Virus record (IMG/VR): IMGVR_UViG_3300037584_003815
Coordinates: 1-24,990 of that record
Length of the DNA stretch: 24,990 bases
Source of the DNA: a virus
Taxonomy: Duplodnaviria; Caudoviricetes
Strand: one strand, 5' to 3'
Of this stretch, positions 1 through 10,080 are shown in pieces; the stretch's first letter is position 1, and every line of letters begins with the position of its first letter. Both the position numbers and the translations under genes were made by a program. The notes under the pieces are model-generated. The model saw nothing but the letters and a program-made list of their open reading frames with translations, did not search any database and was not told where the DNA came from.

Positions 1-1605
1 ACTTATTGGGTAACAAAAGATGGAAATGATAGTAATACTGGTTTATTGGAAGGTGATGCTAAAGCATCTGTAGGTGCTGCGGCAGCAATAGCACAACCAG
101 GCGATACAATTAAAGTTCGTTCTGGTGTTTACACTGAGAATAATCCCATTGGATTGCAGAGAGATGTTACTATAACTGGTGAAGATCTAAGATTAGTTAC
201 TATTACACCTTCTAATGTCAATAAGGATGTTTTCCACGTTAGACGAGGATGTTTGATTGAGAATATAAGTTTTCATGGAACATCAGCAGCACAAGAATTT
301 ATTAATTGTGCTGTTGTAGCATTCCCACCAACACAAACTTATATTGATGCTGGAGTATCATATGGTGCTATAACTGGATATACTTCTGCTGGACCTGCTA
401 ATGAAGGTCCAACAGGAAGATGGAAATCTCCATACGTTAGAAACTGTACTAACTTCTTGAATAGTAGTATCGGTATGAAATTAAATGGACATCATGTTGA
501 TGCTGCATATACTGGAACTAATGATTTGGGACAAGATTTGAAGAGTATGGTTTGTGATTCGTTTACACAATATAATGAGGCAGGTATTGGTGTTTCTATT
601 TCAAATAATGCTTATGCTCAGTTAGTTTCTATATTCACTATTGGATGTGAGATTGCTATTGGATGTACATCTGGTGGACAGTGTGATCTTACAAACTCTA
701 ACTCATCATTTGGTACATTTGGTTTAGTTGCTGATGGTACTAGTGTTGTTGAGTTTGATGGAACATTACATGAAGCAATAAATGGAGAATCTGATAAGTT
801 AACTCTTTCTGATTGTAGAGATTTTGATAGTGGTGGAAGAAGATATAGAACTCCTTTTGATGGACAAGGTGCATACTTCCATTTAGATATGAATGATTAT
901 GCAGATACTCCTTCAACTGCATCAATAACTGAACCAATGCAGTTAATTAGATCTATTACTGTTGTCAATGGTGGTAATGCTGGTGATTATACTGCATCTG
1001 CTCCACCAATAATAACTGCAACTTTCCCTGAAGGACCAGAAGCAATATTTGCTGAGTTTTCTCCTAATATAAGTGATGATGGTATAATAACTTCGGTTGA
1101 TGTTATCGCTAGTGGTAGAAACTACTTACCTACACAAAATATTGTAGTGAGTGTATCTGGTACTGGTAGTGCTCAATTAACTGCAGATATGGATCCTATT
1201 TTATATACTGTTGATGAGGCAACTGAAACACCTACATCTGGAGCACTTCAAGGTAGAACTACAATAACCTTTAATGAGTTTATTCCATTTCCTGTTAAAG
1301 CAGGTGTAAAAATGGAACTTGTTAGGTTGAGTAGAATTATAACCAGTTCACATTCATTTGAATATGTGGGTGCAGGTACAAATATAAATACAGCTAACCC
1401 ATTCCAGGCTGGAAAACCTATACCTGAATATGAAGTTGTTGCTAAAAATGGTGGTCAAGTACCATTTACCAGCACGGATCAAAAAGGTAACTTTAAAATT
1501 GGTGATGGTTTGACAATTGATCAAACTACGTCTACAATACGTGGAAGGGATTTCAATAGAGCTATACAAGCACAATTAACACCACTGATATTAGCGTTAA
1601 GATAA
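1..1605 (+). CDS. Virion structural/tail protein with beta-helix (pectin-lyase-like) region; 5'-truncated by the window edge
   Basis: Frame 1 is open from base 1 (TYWVTKDGNDSNTGLLEGDAKAS...), so the TTG at 46 is not the real start. YWVTKDGND-x-N-x-G followed by GDTIKVRSGVY is a typical beta-helix cap motif. Shares many ordered motifs with 10081..15705. Confidence 0.75.
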   Translation, partial: TYWVTKDGNDSNTGLLEGDAKASVGAAAAIAQPGDTIKVRSGVYTENNPIGLQRDVTITGEDLRLVTITPSNVNKDVFHVRRGCLIENISFHGTSAAQEFINCAVVAFPPTQTYIDAGVSYGAITGYTSAGPANEGPTGRWKSPYVRNCTNFLNSSIGMKLNGHHVDAAYTGTNDLGQDLKSMVCDSFTQYNEAGIGVSISNNAYAQLVSIFTIGCEIAIGCTSGGQCDLTNSNSSFGTFGLVADGTSVVEFDGTLHEAINGESDKLTLSDCRDFDSGGRRYRTPFDGQGAYFHLDMNDYADTPSTASITEPMQLIRSITVVNGGNAGDYTASAPPIITATFPEGPEAIFAEFSPNISDDGIITSVDVIASGRNYLPTQNIVVSVSGTGSAQLTADMDPILYTVDEATETPTSGALQGRTTITFNEFIPFPVKAGVKMELVRLSRIITSSHSFEYVGAGTNINTANPFQAGKPIPEYEVVAKNGGQVPFTSTDQKGNFKIGDGLTIDQTTSTIRGRDFNRAIQAQLTPLILALR

Positions 1606-1606
1606 T

Positions 1607-2585
1607 ATGGCAATAGCACCCGTTAATAAGTTTTTAAATGTTTCTGTTCCTGTAGCACCAGGATTACAGAAACTTTATGAGGTTCCTACAGGAACTTCAT
1701 CTTTATTGCTATATGCACAAGTATCTAATGTTGCGGTAGGAACTACATACCCAACAGTTACATTCATTCAAAGAAGAGAGCAAAGAAGTACAGGAAATTC
1801 GAGAGATATAAGAGTCATAAAAGATGCTGAGATACCACCAAATGATGCATTGATAATGGTGGATGGTAGAATAGTATTGGAGAAAACTCCATTAGTAATT
1901 GATAAAGTTTATATTTCAGGAACACAGAGTGGAGTTAATACAGTTACCAATGCTGCATATGATGAACCAACTGGAATTGTTACTGTAACTACAATGTCTG
2001 ATCATGGATATAATGCATCAGAACAGATTACAATGGGTGGATTATATTTTACATGTTCTGGTAGTACAGGAATTACAACAAATATTTTCCCTGATCCACA
2101 ACAAGCATATGTCATAGATACTGTTCCTAGTACAACATCATTTTCTGCTGATATTGGTAGATCTAAGGGATATACTCACATATATGAACCAGCAGTTCAT
2201 ACATTTGTTCGTGGTACTCCACAATGTGTTGAAGTAGTTGATGGATCTGGTAGTGGACATACTGCTGGTACTAAATTTAGTGTATGGAAATGTACTTATA
2301 ATCCAACTAGTGGTGAATTGACTTTAACCATCGGTGCTAATAGTCTTGTTAATGGAAATACTATTAAAATAGCAGATAATTCTCTGGTATTTACTTGCAC
2401 TATGGATAACGATTATACAGAACATTCTTATCCAAGATCAACTGATCCTGCTTCAGGATCAAATTTAACTCTTGCGGTTGCTTCTGCTAATGAATCTATT
2501 AGAGTCAATGTAGGAACAACAGATGCAGGTGGTATGGTTGCTCCATTACAAATGGAATTCATTGCAAGTATTCTAGAGAATAGTA

Positions 2586-2593
<8 letters not shown>
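1607..2593 (+). CDS. Putative virion structural protein with two internal repeat modules
   Basis: 328-aa ORF starting 1 nt after the upstream stop. Internal repeats YDEPTGIVTVTT...LYFTC and YNPTSGELTLTI...LVFTC. Confidence 0.65.
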
Positions 2594-4937
<2,344 letters not shown>

Positions 4938-4942
4938 TCTAT

Positions 4943-4949
4943 CTAAATA
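4943..4949 (+). promoter_or_regulatory. T4-like late promoter (CTAAATA)
   Basis: CTAAATA in the short intergenic gap, 11 nt before the ATG at 4961. Confidence 0.65.
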
Positions 4950-4960
4950 TCTAAAAAATT

Positions 4961-5566
4961 ATGGCAATAGGACTCACTCAAACAGTAGAATATGGGAATC
5001 AGCAAAAAGCTGCTCAATTGAGTGAATTTCTTGCGTCTTTAACCTCTACTGAAACTACTGCATTTAATTCTGGTGCTGATGGATCTAAGAACACTCTTGT
5101 TAAGTTTAAAGATTGGCAAAATAAAATATATGCTCAAGAAGTAGAGGCTACTAAAAGTGTTGCTGGTATTACTTCAAGATGTGCCATAGTTAATGATAGT
5201 GATGGAATACTTTTTGGTGTATATCCTCAGAATGTTTCAATATCTGATTTTAATCATCCACCAGGAACGACTGTTGTTGGTATAGCAAGTACATATTTTA
5301 GTGGATCAGAATGTAATGTACATGCTGGATGGAAATATACAACATCTGCTGGATTCTTTAATCCTAATCTACCTAGTAATGATGATTATCTTAAAATACT
5401 TAGAGAAACTAGAGATCTACTTCTTACTCAATCCGATTGGACTCAGAGTAGAGATGTAACTCTATCAAATGATAATGACTGGAAAACTTATAGGCAAACT
5501 TTAAGAGATCTTCCTGCAAATACTGCTGATCCTAGCAACCCAACTTGGCCTACTAAACCATCATGA
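4961..5566 (+). CDS. Tail fibre assembly chaperone-like protein
   Basis: C-terminal LRETRDLLLTQSDWTQ...WKTYRQTLRDLP...WPTKP signature of phage tail assembly chaperones; directly follows a fibre gene. Confidence 0.85.
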   Translation: MAIGLTQTVEYGNQQKAAQLSEFLASLTSTETTAFNSGADGSKNTLVKFKDWQNKIYAQEVEATKSVAGITSRCAIVNDSDGILFGVYPQNVSISDFNHPPGTTVVGIASTYFSGSECNVHAGWKYTTSAGFFNPNLPSNDDYLKILRETRDLLLTQSDWTQSRDVTLSNDNDWKTYRQTLRDLPANTADPSNPTWPTKPS

Positions 5567-8328
5567 GCGTTATATCCTTTCCCATAAATCCTAATGTAGG
5601 TGATACATATTCTTTCGGTAGTTCTACTTGGAAGTGGAATGGTTATGCTTGGACTAGAATACCTGATCCTGGTGCAAAAGGTGAATCGGGTGGACCTGGT
5701 GGTGATGGAGATAAGGGTGAAATTGGTACTAAAGGTGATAAAGGTGCTCAAGGACCTACTGGTGAAAAAGGTGATGCATCTGTTGTTCCTGGACCTATAG
5801 GACCTAAAGGTGAGGTAGGTGATAAAGGACAGAAAGGAGATGTAGAAGCAAAAGGTAACAAGGGTGAAGTAGGTGATAAGGGACAAAAAGGTGAAATAGG
5901 ACCAAAAGGTGATAAAGGTGCTGATGGTGCTGATGGTCAAAAAGGTGAGGTTGGTTCCCAAGGTTTAGTAGGTGATAAGGGTGATGTAGGACAAAAAGGT
6001 GAACTGGGTATAGGTCAAAAGGGTCAAAAGGGTGAATTAGGTGCTGATGGAAATAAAGGTGATCTAGGTCAAAAGGGTGAAGTTGGTGTAGGACAAAAAG
6101 GGCAGAAAGGTGAACTTGGTCTTACTGGTGATAAAGGTACTAAAGGTGAAGTAGGATCACAGGGTACTGTAGGTGATAAAGGTTCTACTGGAGATAAGGG
6201 AGATACTGGAGATAAAGGAGATAAAGGTGAACAATCTAATGTAGCAGGACCACAAGGTGAAAAAGGTGCTACTGGATCAAAGGGTGATGATGGATCTGCA
6301 GGACCTCCAGGACCTTCAGGTGGACCTGTAGGACCAGGAGGAGATAAAGGTGATAAGGGTGATAAAGGAGATTTAGGATCTCAGGGTGGTACAGGTAATG
6401 AAGGTCAGAAGGGTGATCAAGGTATAAAAGGTGATGAAGGTCCTATTGGTCCTGGTGGTGGTCAAAAAGGAGAGAAAGGTGAGGTAGGTTCTCAAGGTAT
6501 TCAAGGTCCTATAGGAAATACTGGTGATAAGGGTGAAAAAGGTGAAGTAGGATCTCAAGGTACTGTAGGGGATAAGGGACAGAAAGGAGAAATTGCTGAG
6601 AAAGGTCAGAAGGGTGAAGTAGGACAAAAAGGTGATACTGGTTCTCAAGGATCACAAGGTGTTCAAGGAGATAAGGGTGATAAAGGTGTTACTGGTAGTC
6701 AAGGTACTGTAGGTGATAAAGGAGACAAAGGAGATACTGGATCACAAGGTAGTGCTGGTGATAAAGGTGCTACTGGATCACAAGGTGTTCAAGGAGATAA
6801 GGGAGATAAAGGTGCTACTGGATCACAAGGTGATGTAGGAAACACTGGAGATAAGGGAGATAAAGGAGATACGGGTTCTCAAGGTATTACTGGAGATAAG
6901 GGAGACACAGGTTCTCAAGGTCCTGGTGGGGATAAGGGTGATGCATCTGTTGTTCCTGGACCTCAAGGAACTAAAGGTGAAGTTGGTCTTACTGGAGACA
7001 AAGGACAGAAGGGAGAAGTTGGTTCTCAAGGAATTCAAGGTCAGAAAGGTGAAGTAGGATCTCAAGGTATTCAAGGAGATAAAGGAGATAAAGGTGAAGT
7101 AGGAACTAAAGGAGAAGTTGGTGATAAGGGTGATAAAGGTGATCTAGGAACTAAAGGAGAAACTGGAGCAAGGGGATTTACTGTAACAAATAGTGGTGCA
7201 AGTGATTATATTATCGATGGTGCTAATGATCCAGATCTTACTTTATTGAGAGGATTTACTTATATCTTTAATGTAAATGCAAGTGGACATCCTTTCTGGA
7301 TTAAAACTTCTGCAACTACTGGAACTGGTAATGCATATAGTTCAGGAGTAACTAACAATGGTACTGCGTCAGGATCTATAACATTTGCAGTTCCGTATAA
7401 TGCACCTAATACTTTGTATTATATTTGCCAATATCATAGTGGTATGGTAGGTACTATTAATATTAGTGATGCTGGTCCGAAAGGTGAGGTTGGTGATAAA
7501 GGTGCTAAAGGTGAAGTAGGATCTCAAGGTATTCAAGGTGAAAAAGGTGTTAAAGGTGATGTAGAAGCAGCAGGTAATAAGGGTGAACCAGGTGATAAAG
7601 GTAATAAAGGTGATCTGAATGATAAGGGTCAAAAAGGTGAGATAGGTTCTGGTTCAGTTCCTTCAGGAGCTGTGATGTTATTCTATCAAGCATCTGCTCC
7701 TACTGGATGGACTCAAGTAACAAGTGGTGTAAGTAATAAGGCACTTAGAGTGGTAGATGGAACTGGTGGTGGATCTGGCGGTAGTAATTCATTTACTAGT
7801 ACTTTTGAGAATAAGAGTATAAGTGTAAGTGGATCTGGAAGTGCTAGTGGAAGTACAGGAAGTAGTGTTTCTGGATCTACAAGTAGTGAAAATGCTGGAT
7901 CTGTTAGTGTTAGTGGATCTGTTAGTGGTAATTGTAGTGGTAGTCAATACATTTACGCTAGTACCAGTCAAGTAACATTAGCAACTAGTCAGATACCATC
8001 TCACGCTCACCAATATCATGCAAAAATTGGTACTTCTGGTGGTAATTATGGTTTTCTTGATCATTTAAATGCTGGTTCTTCAGGACAACCTAATACTAAT
8101 AGTACTGGTGGAAGTGGAGCTCACAATCACTCATTAGTTAATTACCAAATATCTGGTTCCAACTTTAGTTTTAGTGATAGTTTTAGTGCTTCTGGTTCCC
8201 CTAGTAATCATAGTCACGATATAGGCAATCACTCTCACAGTTTCAGTGATAGTGTTAGTGTTAGTAGTTCTGGTAGTGTTGACTTGCGTGTTCAGTATGT
8301 TGATGTTATAATATGTTCAAAGGATTAA
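5563..8328 (+). CDS. Collagen-like tail fibre 2 with inserted cupredoxin-like domain, tail-collar-like domain and His-x-His tip
   Basis: 921 aa. N-terminal FPINPNVGDTY...WKWNGYAW module; Gly-X-Y 5671..7176 and 7474..7644; insert 7177..7470 with GHPF...YYICQYHSGMVG; collar-like VPSGAVMLFYQASAPTGW; four HxH motifs; ends YVDVIICSKD. ATGA overlap with upstream gene. Confidence 0.85.
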   Translation: MSVISFPINPNVGDTYSFGSSTWKWNGYAWTRIPDPGAKGESGGPGGDGDKGEIGTKGDKGAQGPTGEKGDASVVPGPIGPKGEVGDKGQKGDVEAKGNKGEVGDKGQKGEIGPKGDKGADGADGQKGEVGSQGLVGDKGDVGQKGELGIGQKGQKGELGADGNKGDLGQKGEVGVGQKGQKGELGLTGDKGTKGEVGSQGTVGDKGSTGDKGDTGDKGDKGEQSNVAGPQGEKGATGSKGDDGSAGPPGPSGGPVGPGGDKGDKGDKGDLGSQGGTGNEGQKGDQGIKGDEGPIGPGGGQKGEKGEVGSQGIQGPIGNTGDKGEKGEVGSQGTVGDKGQKGEIAEKGQKGEVGQKGDTGSQGSQGVQGDKGDKGVTGSQGTVGDKGDKGDTGSQGSAGDKGATGSQGVQGDKGDKGATGSQGDVGNTGDKGDKGDTGSQGITGDKGDTGSQGPGGDKGDASVVPGPQGTKGEVGLTGDKGQKGEVGSQGIQGQKGEVGSQGIQGDKGDKGEVGTKGEVGDKGDKGDLGTKGETGARGFTVTNSGASDYIIDGANDPDLTLLRGFTYIFNVNASGHPFWIKTSATTGTGNAYSSGVTNNGTASGSITFAVPYNAPNTLYYICQYHSGMVGTINISDAGPKGEVGDKGAKGEVGSQGIQGEKGVKGDVEAAGNKGEPGDKGNKGDLNDKGQKGEIGSGSVPSGAVMLFYQASAPTGWTQVTSGVSNKALRVVDGTGGGSGGSNSFTSTFENKSISVSGSGSASGSTGSSVSGSTSSENAGSVSVSGSVSGNCSGSQYIYASTSQVTLATSQIPSHAHQYHAKIGTSGGNYGFLDHLNAGSSGQPNTNSTGGSGAHNHSLVNYQISGSNFSFSDSFSASGSPSNHSHDIGNHSHSFSDSVSVSSSGSVDLRVQYVDVIICSKD
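5671..7644 (+). repeat. Collagen-like Gly-X-Y coding repeats in two blocks (5671..7176, 7474..7644)
   Basis: GDK/GQK/GEV/GSQ triplets. Exact direct repeats at 5770..5796 = 6937..6963 (27 bp), 6649..6677 = 6775..6803 (29 bp), 6760..6787 = 6805..6832 (28 bp). Confidence 0.95.
8284..8312 (+). promoter_or_regulatory. Sigma70-like promoter embedded in the 3' end of fibre 2
   Basis: TTGCGT (8284-8289), 17-nt spacer, TATAAT (8307-8312) with extended -10 TG at 8304-8305; 20 nt upstream of ATG 8333. Confidence 0.5.
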
Positions 8329-8332
8329 TATA

Positions 8333-8665
8333 ATGAAACTTGAGCAGGGTAAGTTCTGCCCTTTAATTGGTAAAGATTGTATTCAAATGCAGTGTGCTTG
8401 GTTTACTCATGTTCGTGGTATGAATCCTAATACAGGAGAGGAAACTGATGAATATGGATGTGCAGTTACTTGGTTGCCTATGATGATGATTGAAAATTCT
8501 GGACAACAGAGAGCAACTTGTGCTTCTATTGAATCCTTTAGAAATGAAACTGTGAGATCAACTATGAAAGCACAAGAAATATATCAAAGAGAATTGGAAT
8601 TAAAAGCTCAAGAGAGATTACAACAATCTAAGCAAATAAAAAATGTAACGGAGATAGAAGAATGA
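8333..8665 (+). CDS. Hypothetical Cys-rich protein with C-terminal helical/coiled-coil tail
   Basis: 110 aa. CPL-x4-C-x4-CAW...GCA pattern followed by a Q/E/K-rich helix. Confidence 0.75.
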   Translation: MKLEQGKFCPLIGKDCIQMQCAWFTHVRGMNPNTGEETDEYGCAVTWLPMMMIENSGQQRATCASIESFRNETVRSTMKAQEIYQRELELKAQERLQQSKQIKNVTEIEE

Positions 8666-9147
8666 AATTAACAGTCGTTCCATCTGATAAAACAATAATT
8701 ATTGATACTGAAGGAGTGGTATGTAGTAATGTTGATCTTTCTTGGATTCCTACAGATGTTCATGCGATGCATTGGGATAGTTCAACAAACAAAGGTCACG
8801 TTGAATATACTACTGAAGGTAAATGGAATGAGGATATTACTGCAATAGGTATTTGGCAACAAGCAGTAACAGATCATGCTAATGAAAAAACTGCTCAAGC
8901 AAATATAATAGAGGCAGCAAGAGATCATTTAGCAGAAGTAAAACAATATAGAAATGCTTTATTATCTTGGTCTGATTGGACTCAAGGTAATGATTCTCCA
9001 TTAGGTTCTAGTAAGAAAACTGAGTGGCAAACATATAGACAAGCATTAAGAGATATTCCAGCAACTATAGCAGCAGATAGTGGTTTAACTGCGAAGGCGA
9101 TGGCAGATGACTTTACACATTCCAGTTGGCCGACAAAACCTACATAA
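8662..9147 (+). CDS. Tail fibre assembly chaperone-like protein
   Basis: YRNALLSWSDWTQ...WQTYRQALRDIP...WPTKP, paralogous to the C-terminus of 4961..5566. ATGA overlap. Confidence 0.85.
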   Translation: MKLTVVPSDKTIIIDTEGVVCSNVDLSWIPTDVHAMHWDSSTNKGHVEYTTEGKWNEDITAIGIWQQAVTDHANEKTAQANIIEAARDHLAEVKQYRNALLSWSDWTQGNDSPLGSSKKTEWQTYRQALRDIPATIAADSGLTAKAMADDFTHSSWPTKPT

Positions 9148-9161
9148 GTTAAAATTTTATT

Positions 9162-9797
9162 ATGGAAGAATTGATTCAAACTATTAAATTTTTAGATTTT
9201 GATCAGTTAAAGGAAATAAATGATTATATTGATACATTAGAATTATTTCAGAGTAAAGTTTTTGATCACTCTGATGGAAAGAAAGATGCGTGTAAACAAG
9301 ATTCTGATGTTAGAACAAGTGTAAGTGCTTCATTAAAGGAATCGCATGAAGTAACTAAGATAATACACAAAAGTATGAATGATGCGTTACTTGTTTATAG
9401 AGATAGAGTAAGTAAAATATGTTCAACATTTAAGTATTATCCTGTTCCTGGTGGATATTCGACAACATCTAATCGAGAAAGTATTCAAATTCTTCAATAT
9501 ACTGATAATCAGGAATATAAATTTCATACTGATCAAAGTCCAGATAAAAGAGCATATGAATTTGATAGAAAAATATCAATAGTTCTTTATTTGACTGGTG
9601 GTTTTGAAGGTGGTGGAACTGAATTTCCACATTTAACACTCAAACCAAAACCAGGATATGGTTTAATATTTCCTTCAAATTGGTGTTATCCTCATTCTGG
9701 ACAGAAAGTAACTAAAGGATGTAAAAGAGTTGCAGTTAGTTGGTATTATGTGGATAGACAACTTGAAGTTATTAAGGATGAGAGTGTGAAAGGTTGA
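9162..9797 (+). CDS. 2OG-Fe(II) oxygenase, prolyl-4-hydroxylase-like
   Basis: H122-x-D124 (FHTD), distal H178, K188 at +10; also VRTS, ESIQILQY, LYL...FEGGGTEF and LIFPS motifs typical of the P4H-like family. Confidence 0.9.
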   Translation: MEELIQTIKFLDFDQLKEINDYIDTLELFQSKVFDHSDGKKDACKQDSDVRTSVSASLKESHEVTKIIHKSMNDALLVYRDRVSKICSTFKYYPVPGGYSTTSNRESIQILQYTDNQEYKFHTDQSPDKRAYEFDRKISIVLYLTGGFEGGGTEFPHLTLKPKPGYGLIFPSNWCYPHSGQKVTKGCKRVAVSWYYVDRQLEVIKDESVKG

Positions 9798-9822
9798 CAG
9801 ATTACACACTACATAGTATCAT
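9794..9822 (+). promoter_or_regulatory. Sigma70-like promoter
   Basis: TTGACA (9794-9799), 17-nt spacer, TATCAT (9817-9822); GGAG Shine-Dalgarno-like sequence before ATG 9844. Confidence 0.7.
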
Positions 9823-9843
9823 ATTAGAAATCGGAGTATTTGA

Positions 9844-10044
9844 ATGGATACTGAGGAAACAGTACAGGATATTATAGTCGATGTCTGTAAAAAAAGAATT
9901 ACCTTAATTAGTAATGAGGGTGAAACTAGATTTGTTAAGTGTGAAAGTGGCGATCAGTTCTTAGCAGTAATGGAAGTTATTAAGAGAAGTGCTGAACCTG
10001 AAATGATTACTTACGTTGATCCTGTCTCACAAAAAGATGACTAA
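9844..10044 (+). CDS. Small hypothetical protein (66 aa)
   Basis: Fills the gap between neighbours, with its own promoter and GGAG RBS. Confidence 0.7.
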   Translation: MDTEETVQDIIVDVCKKRITLISNEGETRFVKCESGDQFLAVMEVIKRSAEPEMITYVDPVSQKDD

Positions 10045-10047
10045 ATA
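10041..10047 (+). promoter_or_regulatory. T4-like late promoter (CTAAATA)
   Basis: CTAAATA overlapping the upstream stop, 33 nt before ATG 10081. Confidence 0.65.
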
Positions 10048-10080
10048 GAAACATAGAAATATTTTGGCCAATATTCTCCA

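Noticed and set aside
46-48. TTG start given by the ORF track
   Set aside because: The frame is open from base 1 and the conserved cap motif lies upstream of it.
5671-7176. 27-29 bp direct repeats considered as a CRISPR array
   Set aside because: In-frame coding repeats with irregular spacing, no unique spacers and no cas genes.
7177-7470. Calling the copper-like domain petE (plastocyanin auxiliary gene)
   Set aside because: It is an internal fibre domain with no signal peptide and C-x2-H-x2-M spacing, not plastocyanin's C-x2-H-x4-M.
5488-7971. Short alternative-frame and minus-strand ORFs within fibre 2
   Set aside because: By-products of stop-poor Gly-X-Y and Ser/Gly codon periodicity.
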